NCBI RefSeq assembly: GCF_006345805.1
Contig: NC_043026.1
Coordinates: 248,001-312,000 of the forward strand
DNA: 64,000 nucleotides
DNA from: Octopus sinensis
Taxonomy: Eukaryota
Reading direction: 5' to 3'
Shown: piece by piece, positions 13,331 through 26,882 of the stretch
Layout: each line of letters opens with the position of its first letter
Numbering within the stretch: the first letter of the stretch is position 1
The notes under the pieces: model-generated
What the model saw: the letters and a program-made list of their open reading frames with translations, nothing else
What the model was told of the DNA's origin: nothing
The model's database searches: none
Made by a program: the position numbers and the translations under genes

Positions 13331-13949
13331 ATCCAGTGATTCGATAAGTGAATCTAGCCAAGTTTCTCTAGTACTGGAGGTCATTGTTGATGCAAATATT
13401 CAACAACTTCACTGTATTCTTTTGCAAGGAAAAGCCACAAGTTATGTTTGGAGAAATGATATTCACGAAAGAAACATGTTTAGGGTTTCCTGGAGGAGTT
13501 TCAATATAGTGGTTCCCACATAATGGGAAATGAAAAGCGCATGGAATTGGGTGTTTTAGCAGAAAGACTTAATAAAAACAAAACAGAATTTTTGGAAGTA
13601 AATTCTTTTTTAGTCATGATCTCCATTGCATGAAACACAGGAATATTAAGAAGAAAAACAAGTTGAAAACATACAAAACTGCTCTTTTCCTTTCACTTTT
13701 GTATGAAAACATTTGTGTCAAGTTACGGCACTGCTTACAGTGAATGAATTCATTATTTTGATAGAATTATTTGCCACCGATATCACAGTGATATGGCTTC
13801 TCTCTCGTATGAATAGATTTGTGTGTAATTCAATGACTATTTTCAGAGAACACTTTGACACAGATATCACAATGATAAGAAGGAGACCTACTGAGTCAAA
13901 TACATCAACTTCAGAAGAAAAATCAAATGGAAATTGTAGTTGTGATACC

Positions 13950-14172
13950 TGTGCCAGTGGCATGTAAAAAGCACCATCCGAACCTAACTGATGCCAGCAC
14001 CGCCTTGACTGGCTTCTGTGCCAGAGTCGATGGCGATAGGAAGGGCATCCAGCTGTAGAAACACTGCCAGAGCAGACTGGAGCCTGGTGCAGCCTCCGTC
14101 ATCCCAGACCCCAGTCAAACCATCCAACCCATGCTAGCATGGAAAACGGATGTTAAACGATGATGATGATGA
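13950..14172 (+). mobile_element. SINE fragment with (GAT)n tail (family 3) inserted in the zinc-finger array
   Basis: Contains TAGGAAGGGCATCCAGCTGTAGAAAC and ends GTTAAACGATGATGATGATG; same family as 17235-17437. Confidence 0.8.
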
Positions 14173-14566
14173 TGGGTCCTCTCCTGAATGGATACATTTG
14201 TGACTAATTACAGGAGTTCTGCGAGTGAAAGATTTACCACAGATCTCACAGTGATATGGCTTTTCACCTGTATGAATATGTTTGTGTTTTGTTAGGCGAC
14301 TATTTTGAGAGAATGATTTACCACAGATATCACACCAATATGGATTTTCACTTCTGTGAATACATTCATGTCCAGTTAAAGCACTGCTTACAGTGAATGA
14401 TTTCCCACGTGTACCACATGGATGCAGCTTTTATTCTAAATGAATATGAACGTATCTACATAAGACAAAATCTTGAGAGAATAATTTACTACAGATATCA
14501 CAGTGATATGGCTTATCACCTCTATGGGTACATTTGTTTTGTTAAGTCATTATTTTGATAGAATTA

Positions 14567-15745
<1,179 letters not shown>

Positions 15746-16112
15746 CAGATATCACAGTGATATGGCTTTTCACCTGTATGAATACGTTTGTGTTGTGTTA
15801 AGTGATTATTTTGAGAGAATGATTTACCACAGATATCACACCAATATGGCTTCTCTCCTGTATGAATACGATTGTGTCTAGTGGAAGTGAGAGATTCACC
15901 ACAGACATCACAGTGATATGGCTTTTCACCTGTATGAATATGTTTGTGTCTAGTTAGGTTACCACTGGAAGTGAAAGATTCACCACAGACATCACAGCAA
16001 TATGGCTTTTCAGCTTTAGGAATACATTTGTGTCTAGTTATGTCAGCACTGCAAGTGAAAGATTCACCACAGGTATCACATTGATATGGTTTCTCTACCA
16101 TATACTCTTTCA

Positions 16113-16479
16113 TGAGTATGTTTGTGAATAATTAGTTTGCTTCTTTGGGATGAAGATTTTTTACAGACATCACAGTCAGATGACGAATTTGGTCTGTCTT
16201 TTATAATCTCTTCATGGGAAATCAGTTCTTTAAGCTTCTTACTCATTTCCATTATTCTTCTTCTCAAATTGCAATGTCCTGCTTTTCTTCTTATATATGA
16301 GTATGTTTGTAAATAATTAGTTTGCTTTTTTGGGATGAAGATTTTTTGCAGACATCACAGTCAGATGACGAATTTGGTCTGTCTTTTATAATGTCTTCAT
16401 GGGAAATCAGTTCTTTAAGCTTCTTACTCATTTCCATTATTCTTCTTCTCAAATTGCAATGTCCTGCTTTTCTTCTTAT
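16113..16479 (-). repeat. 186-bp tandem duplication of the zinc-finger gene N-terminal segment
   Basis: GAGTATGTTTG at 16114 and 16300. Both copies encode MEMSKKLKELISHE(D/E)IIKDRPNSSSDCDVCKKSSSQ, and a TAA falls at the junction. Confidence 0.9.
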
Positions 16480-16697
16480 ACTTTCCTCCTACAAATACTT
16501 CCACCGTTGTAATTCTATCCGCTGTTACCTTCCTCTAGCAACACTTATGTAAACTTATCCCTGTTTCATCAATGCACTATCTCATCTTCTTCACATTGCA
16601 GTCAGTGATGTTGAGAAATTTTGCTAATAATCTCAGGTCAGAGCAAATATTTCATAGGAATTCTATCACAGATTTAGAGAAACAATGTTATATATAT

Positions 16698-17063
16698 ACT
16701 CTTTTTTTCTCTTTTACTCGTTTCAGTCATTTGACTGCAGCCATGCTGGAGCACCACCTTTAGTCGAGAAAATCGACCCCGGGACTTATTCTTTGTAAGC
16801 CCAGTACTTATTCTATCGGTCTCTTTTGCCGAACTGCTAAGTGACGGGGACGTAAACACACCAGCACCGGTTGTCAAGCAATGCCAGGGGGGCAAAAACA
16901 CGACAGGCTTCTTTCAGTTTCCGTCTACCAAATCCACTCACAAGGCATTGGTCGGCCCGGGGCTATAGCAGAAGACACTTGCCCAAGATGCCACGCAGTG
17001 GGACTGAACCCAGAACCATGTGGTTGGTTAGCAAGCTACTTACCACACAGCCACTCCTGCGCC
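16698..17063 (-). mobile_element. tRNA-derived SINE, family 1
   Basis: The reverse complement starts GGCGCAGGAGTGGCTGTGTGGTAAG and includes the 3' body and AAAGAG tail. Confidence 0.92.
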
Positions 17064-17234
17064 TATATATATATATATGTTCTGTATAAGATTTTCCTTT
17101 AGTCACTGAAAATGTATCTTCTGTTAAGCCAATGTTATTTGATATTCTGAAACAATAAAGAAATAACAGTGTGAGACATAGAAGCTACTTAAAAAAATAC
17201 AGATTCAACTGTGAAAAAAAGCACAACATTTCGG

Positions 17235-17437
17235 TAGAGGTGCAGGTGGCACGTAAAAAGCACCCACTACACTCATGGAGTGGTTGGCGTTAGGAAGGGC
17301 ATCCAGCTGTAGAAACATTGCCAGATAAGACTGGAGCCTGGTGCAGCCTTCTGGCTTCCCAGATCCCCGGTCGAACCGTCCAACCCATGCTAGCATGGAG
17401 AACGGACGTTAAACAATGATGATGATGATGATGATGA
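17235..17437 (+). mobile_element. SINE family 3 with (GAT)n tail
   Basis: GGCGTTAGGAAGGGCATCCAGC core; ends GGACGTTAAACAATGATGATGATG. Confidence 0.8.
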
Positions 17438-17974
17438 TATACTCTAGATATAAGCATTTACCTGAACAACTGAACTTATCAATTTATTAACATTTACATC
17501 ACAGAATCTCACATGGAGCTTACACATTTCAAAACTAAAACTACACCTTCACATTGTGTATCATTCTTTAAATTAAACTACAGAGTCTTGGACATTATTT
17601 TCCTTGCTCAAATATAACTCAACATGTTAAAGGTTCTACCAGCTGGCCACCTTGGACATGGAGAAATATTATGTTGCTTGAAAGTTTCGTAACAAGAATG
17701 GCATTTGGTCATAAAATTTCTACCTCTATGAACTGTGTTTGAGCCAAGCAAGCATTTCAATTTTACTTTTCATATATAGTATGATATTCTGTTTACGTAT
17801 TGGGCTTTTCCCATCACTGACCTCAGTTGCCAAATGTCATCATTTAAATGTCCACCTTTTAATGCCTCCATGGCTAAGACCCTCACCTATTCCTTAATAT
17901 CACCTCACCTATTCCTTAATATCACCTCACCTATTCCTTAATATCACCTATTCCTTATCTCCTCAAAGACATAC

Positions 17975-18450
17975 AGCATCTCGAAAGAGTCCAGAACCTG
18001 ACTACCTGCATGGTTCTTGGTCTCAAGCATTTGTCTTATGAAGAAAGGCTGAAGACGCTCGACCTTTATTCTCTAGAAAAACGACGACGCCGTGGTGATC
18101 TCATTCTTGTTCACAAAATCATAAGCGGAAAGTGTAACCTCTCGAAAGAGCTGTTCTTCACTCCTGCTCCAGAGCGTCGGCTGCGGGGTCACTCCGAAAA
18201 GCTCTATCTGCGACGATTTCATCTCAATCGAAGGAAAGGGGCTTTCTCCGTTCGGGTTGCGAATCCGTGGAATAAGCAGCCAGACGAGATAGTGAAGATG
18301 CTGACGACCGCTCGGTTCAAAGTCTCCCTTGACCAGAAATGGCCTGAACTCTTTGCATGAACACCACCCCGTACATAACTCCATTCCCCCTACATGGCCT
18401 TGCTTTTTGCTTTTTGAGCCAAAAAATTAACTTAATTTAACTTAACTAAC
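17975..18450 (+). mobile_element. 5'-truncated CR1-clade LINE 3' end
   Basis: Translation LERVQNLTTCMVLGLKHLSYEERLKTLDLYSLEKRRRRGDLILVHKII...GHSEKL...FSVRVANPWN fits the CR1 ORF2 C-terminal motifs LSYEERL, RGDLI and RVVNxWN. Confidence 0.88.
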
Positions 18451-18924
18451 TATCAATATTCCCACGTTTATGTACGTATGTATTTAATAAGACCCTTTAA
18501 ATTTCCATTTACCGTATCAGCTCAAAAGATATTCATCTTTTTAATCGCAATCTGTGTCATTCAAAAGGTATTTCTATAAACTTTCATTAAAATAGACCCA
18601 TTTTCCTGAACGTTATGAAGGAGCAACTTCGAATCATGTAAATTTTCTGAAACTCCTTTCCCCAACCCCTCGAAAGATTCATTGCAACAAATCCATTTAT
18701 TCTTTGAATCCAGAGCATTTAAGCGGGGGGTTGTTGAAAAGGTCTTTAAAATGTATCTATTTTTCTGGAAGTTATGAGACAACAAAGTCGGGAGGATGGG
18801 TACACATCTGTAATTATGCCACTTTCACAATATTTCAGTCGCTGGAGTGTGTTTCAGAATATTTATCGAACTAAAACACAAAACAAACTAACGGGGCAGC
18901 GATGGAGAGTGTAGAAGGTAGCTT

Positions 18925-20900
18925 CCACAGACAGAAATAGCAGCCAAATCTCACATAGATCCTAGAAATCTCCCTTCCGTAGCTAGATATAACAGACAAA
19001 ACTACCACAGATCGAAAATATCTCTCGTCGAAAGCTAGAAATAGCAGCCAAACTACCACAGTTCATAGACATCTCCCTTCCGTAGCGAGTAATAACAGAC
19101 AAAACTACCACAGATCGTAAATACCTCTCATAGAAAGCTAGAAATAGCAGCCAAACTACCACAGTTCATAGACATCTCCCTTCCGTAGCGAGTAATAGCA
19201 GACAAACTACCACAGTTCATAGACATCTCCCTTCCGTAGCGAGTAATAGCAGACAAAACTACCACAGATCGTAAATACCTCTAGTCGAAAGCTAGAAATA
19301 GCAGCCAAACTACCACCGTTCATAGACATCTCCCTTCCCTAGCGAGTAATAGCAGCCAAACTACCACAGTTCATACACATCTCCCTTCCGTAGCGAGTAA
19401 TAGCAGACAAAACTACCACAGATCGTAAATACCTCTAGTCGAAAGCTACAAATAGCAGCCAAACTACCACAGTTCATAGACATCTCCCTTCCCTAGCGAG
19501 TAATAGCAGCCAAACTACCACAGTTCATAGACATCTCCCTTCCGTAGCGAGTAATAGCAGACAAAACTACCACAGATCGTAAATACCTCTAGTCGAAAGC
19601 TAGAAATAGCAGCCAAACTACCACAGTTCATAGACATCTCCCTTCCCTAGCGAGTAATAGCAGCCAAACTACCACAGTTCATAGACATCTCCCTTCCCTA
19701 GCGAGTAATAGCAGCCAAACTACCACAGTTCATAGACATCTCCCTTCCGTAGCGAGTAATAGCAGACAAAACTACCACAGATCGTAAATACCTCTAGTCG
19801 AAAGCAAGAAATAGCAGCCAAACTACCACAGTTCATAGACATCTCCCTTCCCTAGCGAGTAATAGCAGCCAAACTACCACAGTTCATAGACATCTCCCTT
19901 CCGTAGCGAGTAATAGCAGACAAAACTACCACAGATCGTAAATACCTCTAGTCGAAAGCTAGAAATAGCAGCCAAACTACCACAGTTCATAGACATCTCC
20001 CTTCCCTAGCGAGTAATAGCAGCCAAACTACCACAGTTCATAGACATCTCCCTTCCCTAGCGAGTAATAGCAGCCAAACTACCACAGTTCATAGACATCT
20101 CCCTTCCGTAGCGAGTAATAGCAGACAAAACTACCACAGATCGTAAATACCTCTAGTCGAAAGCTAGAAATAGCAGCCACACTACCACAGTTCATAGACA
20201 TCTCCCTTCCCTAGCGAGTAATAGCAGCCAAACTACCACAGTTCATAGACATCTCCCTTCCCTAGCGAGTAATAGCAGCCAAACTACCACAGTTCATAGA
20301 CATCTCCCTTCCGTAGCGAGTAATAGCAGCCAAACTACCACAGATCGTAAATATCTCCCTTCCCTAGCGAGTAATAGCAGCCAAACTACCACAGTTCATA
20401 GACATCTCCCTTCCCTAGCGAGTAATAGCAGCCAAACTACCACAGATCGTAAATATCTCCCTTCCCTAGCGAGTAATAGCAGCCAAACTACCACAGTTCA
20501 TAGACATCTCCCTTCCGTAGCGAGTAATAGCAGACAAAACTACCACAGTTCATAGACATCTCCCTTCCGTAGCGAGTAATAGCAGACAAACTACCACAGT
20601 TCATAGACATCTCCCTTCCGTAGCGAGTAATAGCAGACAAAACTACCACAGTTCATAGACATCTCCCTTCCCTAGCGAGTAATAGCAGACAAAACTACCA
20701 CAGATCGTAAATACCTCTAGTCGAAAGCTAGAAATAGCAGCCAAACTACCACAGTTCATAGACATCTCCTTTCCGTAGCGAGTAATAGCAGACAAACTAC
20801 CACAGTTCATAGACATCTCCCTTCCGTAGCGAGTAATAGCAGACAAAACTACCACAGATCGTAAATATCTCTCCTCTAAAGCTAGAAATAGCAGCCAAAT
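18925..20900. repeat. 51/52-bp composite minisatellite with two unit types
   Basis: Unit A is AACTACCACAGTTCATAGACATCTCCCTTCC(C/G)TAGCGAGTAATAGCAGCCA (CCACAGTTC at 19621 and 19672). Unit B is AACTACCACAGATCGTAAATACCTCTAGTCGAAAGCTAGAAATAGCAGCCA. The two are interleaved. Confidence 0.93.
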
Positions 20901-21099
20901 CTCGCACACATGATACATACCTCTCATCCAAACAAGACAAGACGTACAAAGAATCGACACGACAAAACTCGAACGTGGACAGGATTAAAAGATTAAGTAT
21001 TTTCATCGTTTAATACTCACGGAAATGTCTTCTAAAAGAAAGACTTCTCATAAAGTGTGTGTGTATTTATACGTATTAAACGTAGTAAAAGTTTGTGGG

Positions 21100-21260
21100 G
21101 GAAGTTGAGAAGTAAATGAAAAGTGATTGCCGATGTTGATTAACGGAAACTCCCGCACGATATAAAACTTCGCACGTGAAAGTGAATACGGAAGTACAAC
21201 TAATGCGCATGCGTCTCGATTGCGTGAAACGTAAAGGGGACGTTACTCTCATTAAATCCC
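21100..21260. promoter_or_regulatory. Possible CpG-rich promoter-like patch
   Basis: Local CpG enrichment with CGGAAGT (ETS-like, ~21189) and TGCGCATGCG (NRF1-like, 21204). Motif match only; no transcript evidence. Confidence 0.2.
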
Positions 21261-21459
21261 TTACTTTCAGTTAAATGACATCGGTGATTTTTGTACCTAT
21301 GTTCCCTACTTAATTTGGATCCCTTTATAAGAAGTATATATGCATATATACGTTCGTATACGTACATACTTACATGTATACGTATATACATATGCATATG
21401 TGGTGACAGGGCGTCACAGAACGTAAACAACGAAAAATACGAAGTACGAGGACATGGAA

Positions 21460-21860
21460 TACTCTTTTACTCTTTTACATGTTTCAGTCATTTGACTGCG
21501 GCCATGCTGGAGCACCGCCTTTTAATCGAGCAACTCGACCCCGGGACTTATTCTTTTTTATAAGCCCAGTACTTATTCTATCGGTCTCCTTTGCCGAACC
21601 GCCAAGTAACGGGGACATAAACACACCAGCATCGGTTGTCAAGCAATGCTAGGGGGACAAACACAGACACACAAACAAACACACATACATATATATATAC
21701 ATATATACGACAGGCTTCTTTCAGTTTCCGTCTACCAAATCCACTCACAAGGCCCGGGGCTATAGCAGAAGACACTTGCCCAAGGTGCCACGCAGTGGGA
21801 CTGAACCCGGAACCATGCAGTTGGTTAGCAAGATACTTACCACACAGCCACTCCTGCGCC
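21460..21860 (-). mobile_element. tRNA-derived SINE, family 1
   Basis: Full head-microsatellite-body layout on the minus strand. Confidence 0.92.
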
Positions 21861-22032
21861 GATGGAACTTTTTGGCGATCAACGAAAGAGACAAACGGAA
21901 AACAAGACAAACATCACAAAGAACGACTGATTGATTTGATTACGTTAGATTATCTCAATAATCATAGGAGATAACTCTATTGGCCTTGATGATGGAAGGG
22001 AGATAATCTTGAAAACATTTTTTTACATAGAA

Positions 22033-22417
22033 ATGGAAGCACTCCGTCGGTTACGACGACGAGGGTTCCGGTTGATCCGAATCAACGGAACAGCCTGCTC
22101 GTGAAATTAACGTGTAAGTGGCTGAGCACTCCACAGACACGTGCACCCTTAACGTAGTTCTCGGGGATATTCAGCGTGACACAGAGAGTGACAAGGCCGG
22201 CCCCTTTGAAATACAGGTACAAGAGAAACAGGAAGTAAGAGTGAGAGACAGTTGTGGTGAAAGAGTACAGCAAGGATCACCACCATCCCTGCCGGAGCCG
22301 CGTGGAGCTTTAGGTGTTTTCGCTCAATAAACACTCACAACGCCCAGTCTGGGAATCGAAACCGCGATACTATGACCGCGAGTCCGCTGCCCTAATCACT
22401 GGGCCATTGCGCTCCAC
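22033..22417 (-). mobile_element. tRNA-derived SINE (family 4)
   Basis: The minus strand starts GTGGAGCGCAATGGCCCAGTGATTAGGGCAGCGGACTCGCGG...GGTTTCGATTCCC, with A-box-like and B-box-like elements. Confidence 0.7.
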
Positions 22418-22437
22418 TTACATAGAAATATGCTTCA

Positions 22438-23860
22438 TACAAAGGCAAGTCTCAAATTGGACGCACACTTCTTTCTGTAATCTATTAAAACAAAAGCAGG
22501 GATCGAACAATTACTTCATTTTTTTTTCCTAGGTTCCTCCTTGCTTTTCTTCCGGCAATCCACAAGCTTTCTTATTCCATCGGAGAAGAAAGTTTTCGGC
22601 AGGTCATGCAGCTATTCATGCACCGCTTGCTGCGCTTCTTCGCCCGTAACAAATCGAAGACCTCGTAAAGCACTATTTCCCAAAATTTTTCGGGCTGCCG
22701 TCCCCGTGACACCTGGGCCACATTCCTAGCGCCTCCCATACTCACCAACACAGGCATAAACCACTTTCTACAGCAAACTTCAAAACAACGGTATTTCACA
22801 AATAAAACATGACCTATTTTGCCCATTATTTTGTTGTTTTTACATCCATAACCACCTTTTAGCCACCCCGTTATCGCCCTACTTTCTTTCAACGCCTCAC
22901 CCCTGTATCATGTAGCGCTCCCAGTGGGGCAGTACCGCAGCGGGGCAGGACTGCTGTCGTAAAGAACATTTGATTGGTCCAAAGAGATGATAGTCGGAAA
23001 CGGCGAGATCTGGATTAAATGGAGGATGTTCCAACAACTTGAAATCCAAATTTCAATTGTTTCAACGGTGTGGGTGGCTGAATACAGGCGTGCATTGTCT
23101 TACAATAATAGACATCGGCGTTTGGTACGAATTGCTTGTTTCCCTTTGTTAACCAACATTTCACTGTAGACCCCTTTTAAGGGACAATGTTGCAATATAG
23201 AACCTTTGCATCCCCAAAACGCTTAGCATCACATTTTTCTGCCTAAGGTTTTTCCACTGATGATTCGTGTCGTTTCCGCTTCACACTAATCCTTTGGGAT
23301 TCTGGCTCAAAGTTATGGGCCCCGATTTCATCAATCGTGTCTACTCTCCCTCAAAACAACTTTAGTTTCATCGCTGAAGCGTTCGAGTTAGAATTGACAA
23401 AAATCCACACGATTGCGCTTATTCACATCGAAAAGCTCTCTTGGCGCCCTTCTCGTACTAACTCCGCAGAACCGAAGCTTGTCGCGGATGCAGACCCATA
23501 ATAATTTTCAGAGAATAAGACATCTCATTAATGGGCAATCGTTGGTTCGCCAGAAGCATTTCTGAAAAATGTTGAATCTCCACGTCACCGGTGACGGTTA
23601 ATGGGTATCCTTATCACTCCTTGTATTTCACGCTTGTCCGGACATTTAAAACTTCTCGCTCTTCTCGTAAATACTTCTACGCAGTAGAGCCATGTTCCTT
23701 TATTGTATTGAAAGCCTGCGAAGAATTTCAGCCCCTGACACACATTCAGATTAGAGAAGCAGTTTCACTGATCCCTATTTTCCCTTGGTGCACACTTCCA
23801 GTAGAGCTGCCACGTTTGTTCTATAACACAAGAATGGAAACTGGAGAGAGATCAAAGTGA
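22438..23860 (-). mobile_element. Decayed mariner (Tc1/mariner) transposon, nearly complete transposase remnant
   Basis: Minus-strand fragments: VAALLEVCT (N-terminus), KLRFCGVSTRRAPRELFDVNKRNRVDFC, KKFKIQP, DNARLYSATHTVE, LEHPPFNPDLAVSDYHLFGPIKCSLR (YSPDLAP-like motif) and LRGLRFVTGEEAQQAVHE*LHDLPKTFFSDGIRKLV. A TA and TIR-like end lies at 22438. Confidence 0.88.
22671..22956. mobile_element. 286-bp hAT-like non-autonomous insertion inside the mariner
   Basis: Flanked by an 8-bp direct repeat TCGTAAAG (22663-22670 and 22957-22964). Termini CACTATTTCCCAA and CAGCAGTCC are degenerate hAT-type ends. Removing it rejoins the mariner reading frame. Confidence 0.75.
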
Positions 23861-24039
23861 AACGTCGGTCACGAAATCAGAAGAGTACCACCCTTTAACA
23901 CACCTCTGATGAAGCTAGAGCGACCAACCGAAAGATTGTTTCGGCGAAACGCCGGATATTGTTTCACTTTCCTTTGTATAATTAGTATAATTGTTCTGAT
24001 CTAATTGATTTGCTGAAAGCCTTCCCCCACATCCTCTTT

Positions 24040-24985
24040 CTTTACTACCCACAAGGGCTTAAACACAGTAGAGACAAAAAAGGACAGACAAACGGATTAA
24101 GTCGATTATATCGACCCCAGTGCGTAACTGGTACTTATTTAAACGACCCCGAAAGGATGAAAGGCAAAGTCGAACTCGGCGGAATTTGAACTCATACGTA
24201 GCGGCAAACGAAATACCTATTTCTTTATTACCCACAAGGGGATAAACACAGAGGGGACAAACAAGGACAGACAAACGGATTAAGTCGATTATATCGACCC
24301 CAGTGTGTAATTGATACTTATTTAATCGACCTCGAAAGGATGAAAGGTAAAGTCGAACTCGGCGGAATTTGAACTCAGAACGTAGCAGCAGACGAAATAC
24401 CTATTTCTTTACTACCCGCAAGGGGCTAAACACAGAGGAGACAAAAAAGGACAGACAAACGGATTAAGTCGATTATATCGACCCCAGTGCGTAATTGAAA
24501 CTTATTGAATCGACCCCGAAAGGATGAAAGGTAAAGTCGACCTCGGCGGAATTTGAACTCAGAACGTAGCAGCAGACGAAATACCTATTTCTTTACTACC
24601 CGCAAGGGGCTAAACACAGAGGAGACAAAGAAAGACAGACAAACGGATTAAGTCGATTATATCGACCCCAGTGCGTAACTGGTACTTATTTAATCGACCC
24701 AGAAAGGATGTAAGGTAAAGTCGACCTCAGCGGAATTTGAACTCAGAACGTAGCAGCAGACGAAATAGCTATTTCTTTATTACCCACAAGGGGCTAAACA
24801 GAGGGGGGGGGACAAACAAGGACAGACGAACGGATTACATTGACCCCAGGCGTAACTTGTACTTACTTAATTGACCCCGAAAGGATGAAAGGCAAAGTCG
24901 ACCTCGGCGGAATTTGAACTCAGAACGTAACGGCAGACGAAATACTGCTAAGCATTTCACCCGGCGTGCTAACGTTTCTGCTAGC
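24040..24985 (-). repeat. Five tandem ~183-bp units of SINE family 2
   Basis: CCCACAAGGG or CCGCAAGGGG at about 24049, 24232, 24416, 24599 and 24784; only one unit carries the tRNA-like head. Confidence 0.85.
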
Positions 24986-25676
24986 TTTCCCCAACATCAC
25001 AGAGACAAAACCTCAGATATCTACACACACGCACAACGCTCGCACACACACGTACACACACATCTCTTTTACATATAGTCTGGATAGTCGTGAACTGGAA
25101 CAACAACAACAGCTCTCAGAAAGAGAGAAAGAGAATGATAACTCAAAAGACCGATATTGGATACAATATTTATATGGATTCTTTATTAACAGGTAAAACG
25201 TGACTTATGTGCATCACCAGTGGTGGTCAGCTGGATTGGGTGAATGTGAACAACAACAACAGCTGGAATAAGAGAAAGAGAATCACAACTTCAAAGACCG
25301 ATGTTGGATAGAATATTTGTATGGATTCTTTATTAAAAAGTAAAACGTGACTTATGTGGATCAACAGCGGTGGTCAACTGGATTGGATGGACGTTAACAA
25401 CATCAATAGTATTAATGGATATCAAGAGCTGGGTTAGTTCTGCTGCCTCAGGCGGATGAATATGGCCATGGAGTCTGCTAATGCATAACCTGCAAGTAAC
25501 AAATAACACCATCAACAACAAAAAGACATTCAAAAATATCATGGGAGGGCTTTATACGTGGTCACTCGAATTACTAGAAATAGCAATCGATTCTCGGTCA
25601 GAATGCTTTTATTCATAAATCAGCTCAATCAAGCCTGATTGGTTGCTGAACAATAAATTTTAGTACTACTACTCAC

Positions 25677-25733
<57 letters not shown>

Positions 25734-26447
25734 GAAGATTCAATATCACTTACCGTTGTTCCATATGACTTTCGATTTTGTATCAGAATAATGAAATATA
25801 GGGTAGTGATCTGACTTTTCGTACTGACAGTCATGTGGTCCCTCATTGATGGTCAACCAGCCTCTATCCCCTTCACAATTACCAAGTATTGTTATATAAA
25901 AGCGACGTGTAAGACTAAGGAGTTAGAAAAAGAAAAAACTTATTTGGGTTTCAGAATATGAAAATCTAAACATCTATTAAATAGACTAGTATGTCCGCTA
26001 TACGCAATTGAATTAGTCAGTGTTTAATTAAAAATAGCCATCTGTGTATCATACTAAATGTGTATACACACAAAGATGTGGGTTTAAACACTCACACACA
26101 TAAAAACACACATATGCACTGAAACACGCACACACACACACGTACGCACACACATACACACACACACACATACACACACACACACACACACATGCTCACA
26201 CAGACACGCAGAAATGCGCAAATGTCAATACACCAACAAAGGCGAAATTACACACGAGGCAAACACTTTGGTACAAAAATAAATAAATCCACAAACGGCC
26301 ACAAACATACGAGCGATTACATTTTCCTCTATTAAACATCTTATCAAAGCGCTAAATAAATATAAAACGAATTCTAGTCAAAATAAATTATATAACGGAA
26401 CATAAAAATATCTAAACCCAACGCATACAAATAAATATAATTATGGT

Positions 26448-26882
26448 AAAGTGGCTGTGTGGTAAGTAGCTTGCTTACCAACCACAAGCTTCCGGGTTCA
26501 GTCCTACTGTGTAGCACCTTGGGCAAGTGTCTTCTACGGTAGCCTCGGGCCGACCAAAGCCTTGTGAGTGGATTTGGTAGACGGAAACTGAAAGAAGCCC
26601 GTCGTATATATGTATATATACATATGTGTGTGCGTGTGTGTATATGTGTGTGTATGTGTATGTTGTGTGTGTGTGTGTGTATGTGTGTATGTGTATGTGT
26701 GTGTTAGTGTGTGTGTGTTTTACGCACCAACATCCCTTGACAACCATAACTTAGCGGTTCGGCAAAAGACACCGATCGAATAAGTACTACGCTTACAATA
26801 AATAAGTCCTGGGGTCGATTTGCTCGACTAAAGGCAGTGCTCCAGCATGGCCACAGTCAATTGACTGAGATAAGTAAAAGAG
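26448..26882 (+). mobile_element. SINE family 1 in intron 3 of copy A (counterpart of 57493-57920 in copy D)
   Basis: Head GTGGCTGTGTGGTAAG, TG microsatellite and 3' body; same intronic position and gene-relative orientation as in copy D. Confidence 0.88.

Noticed and set aside
20643-21006. ORFs across the 51-bp minisatellite
   Set aside because: The 17-codon periodicity is broken by 52-bp units and stops; there is no domain signal.
23591-23860. Conserved 65-89-aa ORFs MTVNG(Y/C)PYHS... repeated four times
   Set aside because: They are antisense to the decayed mariner transposase; the conservation reflects recent segmental duplication.
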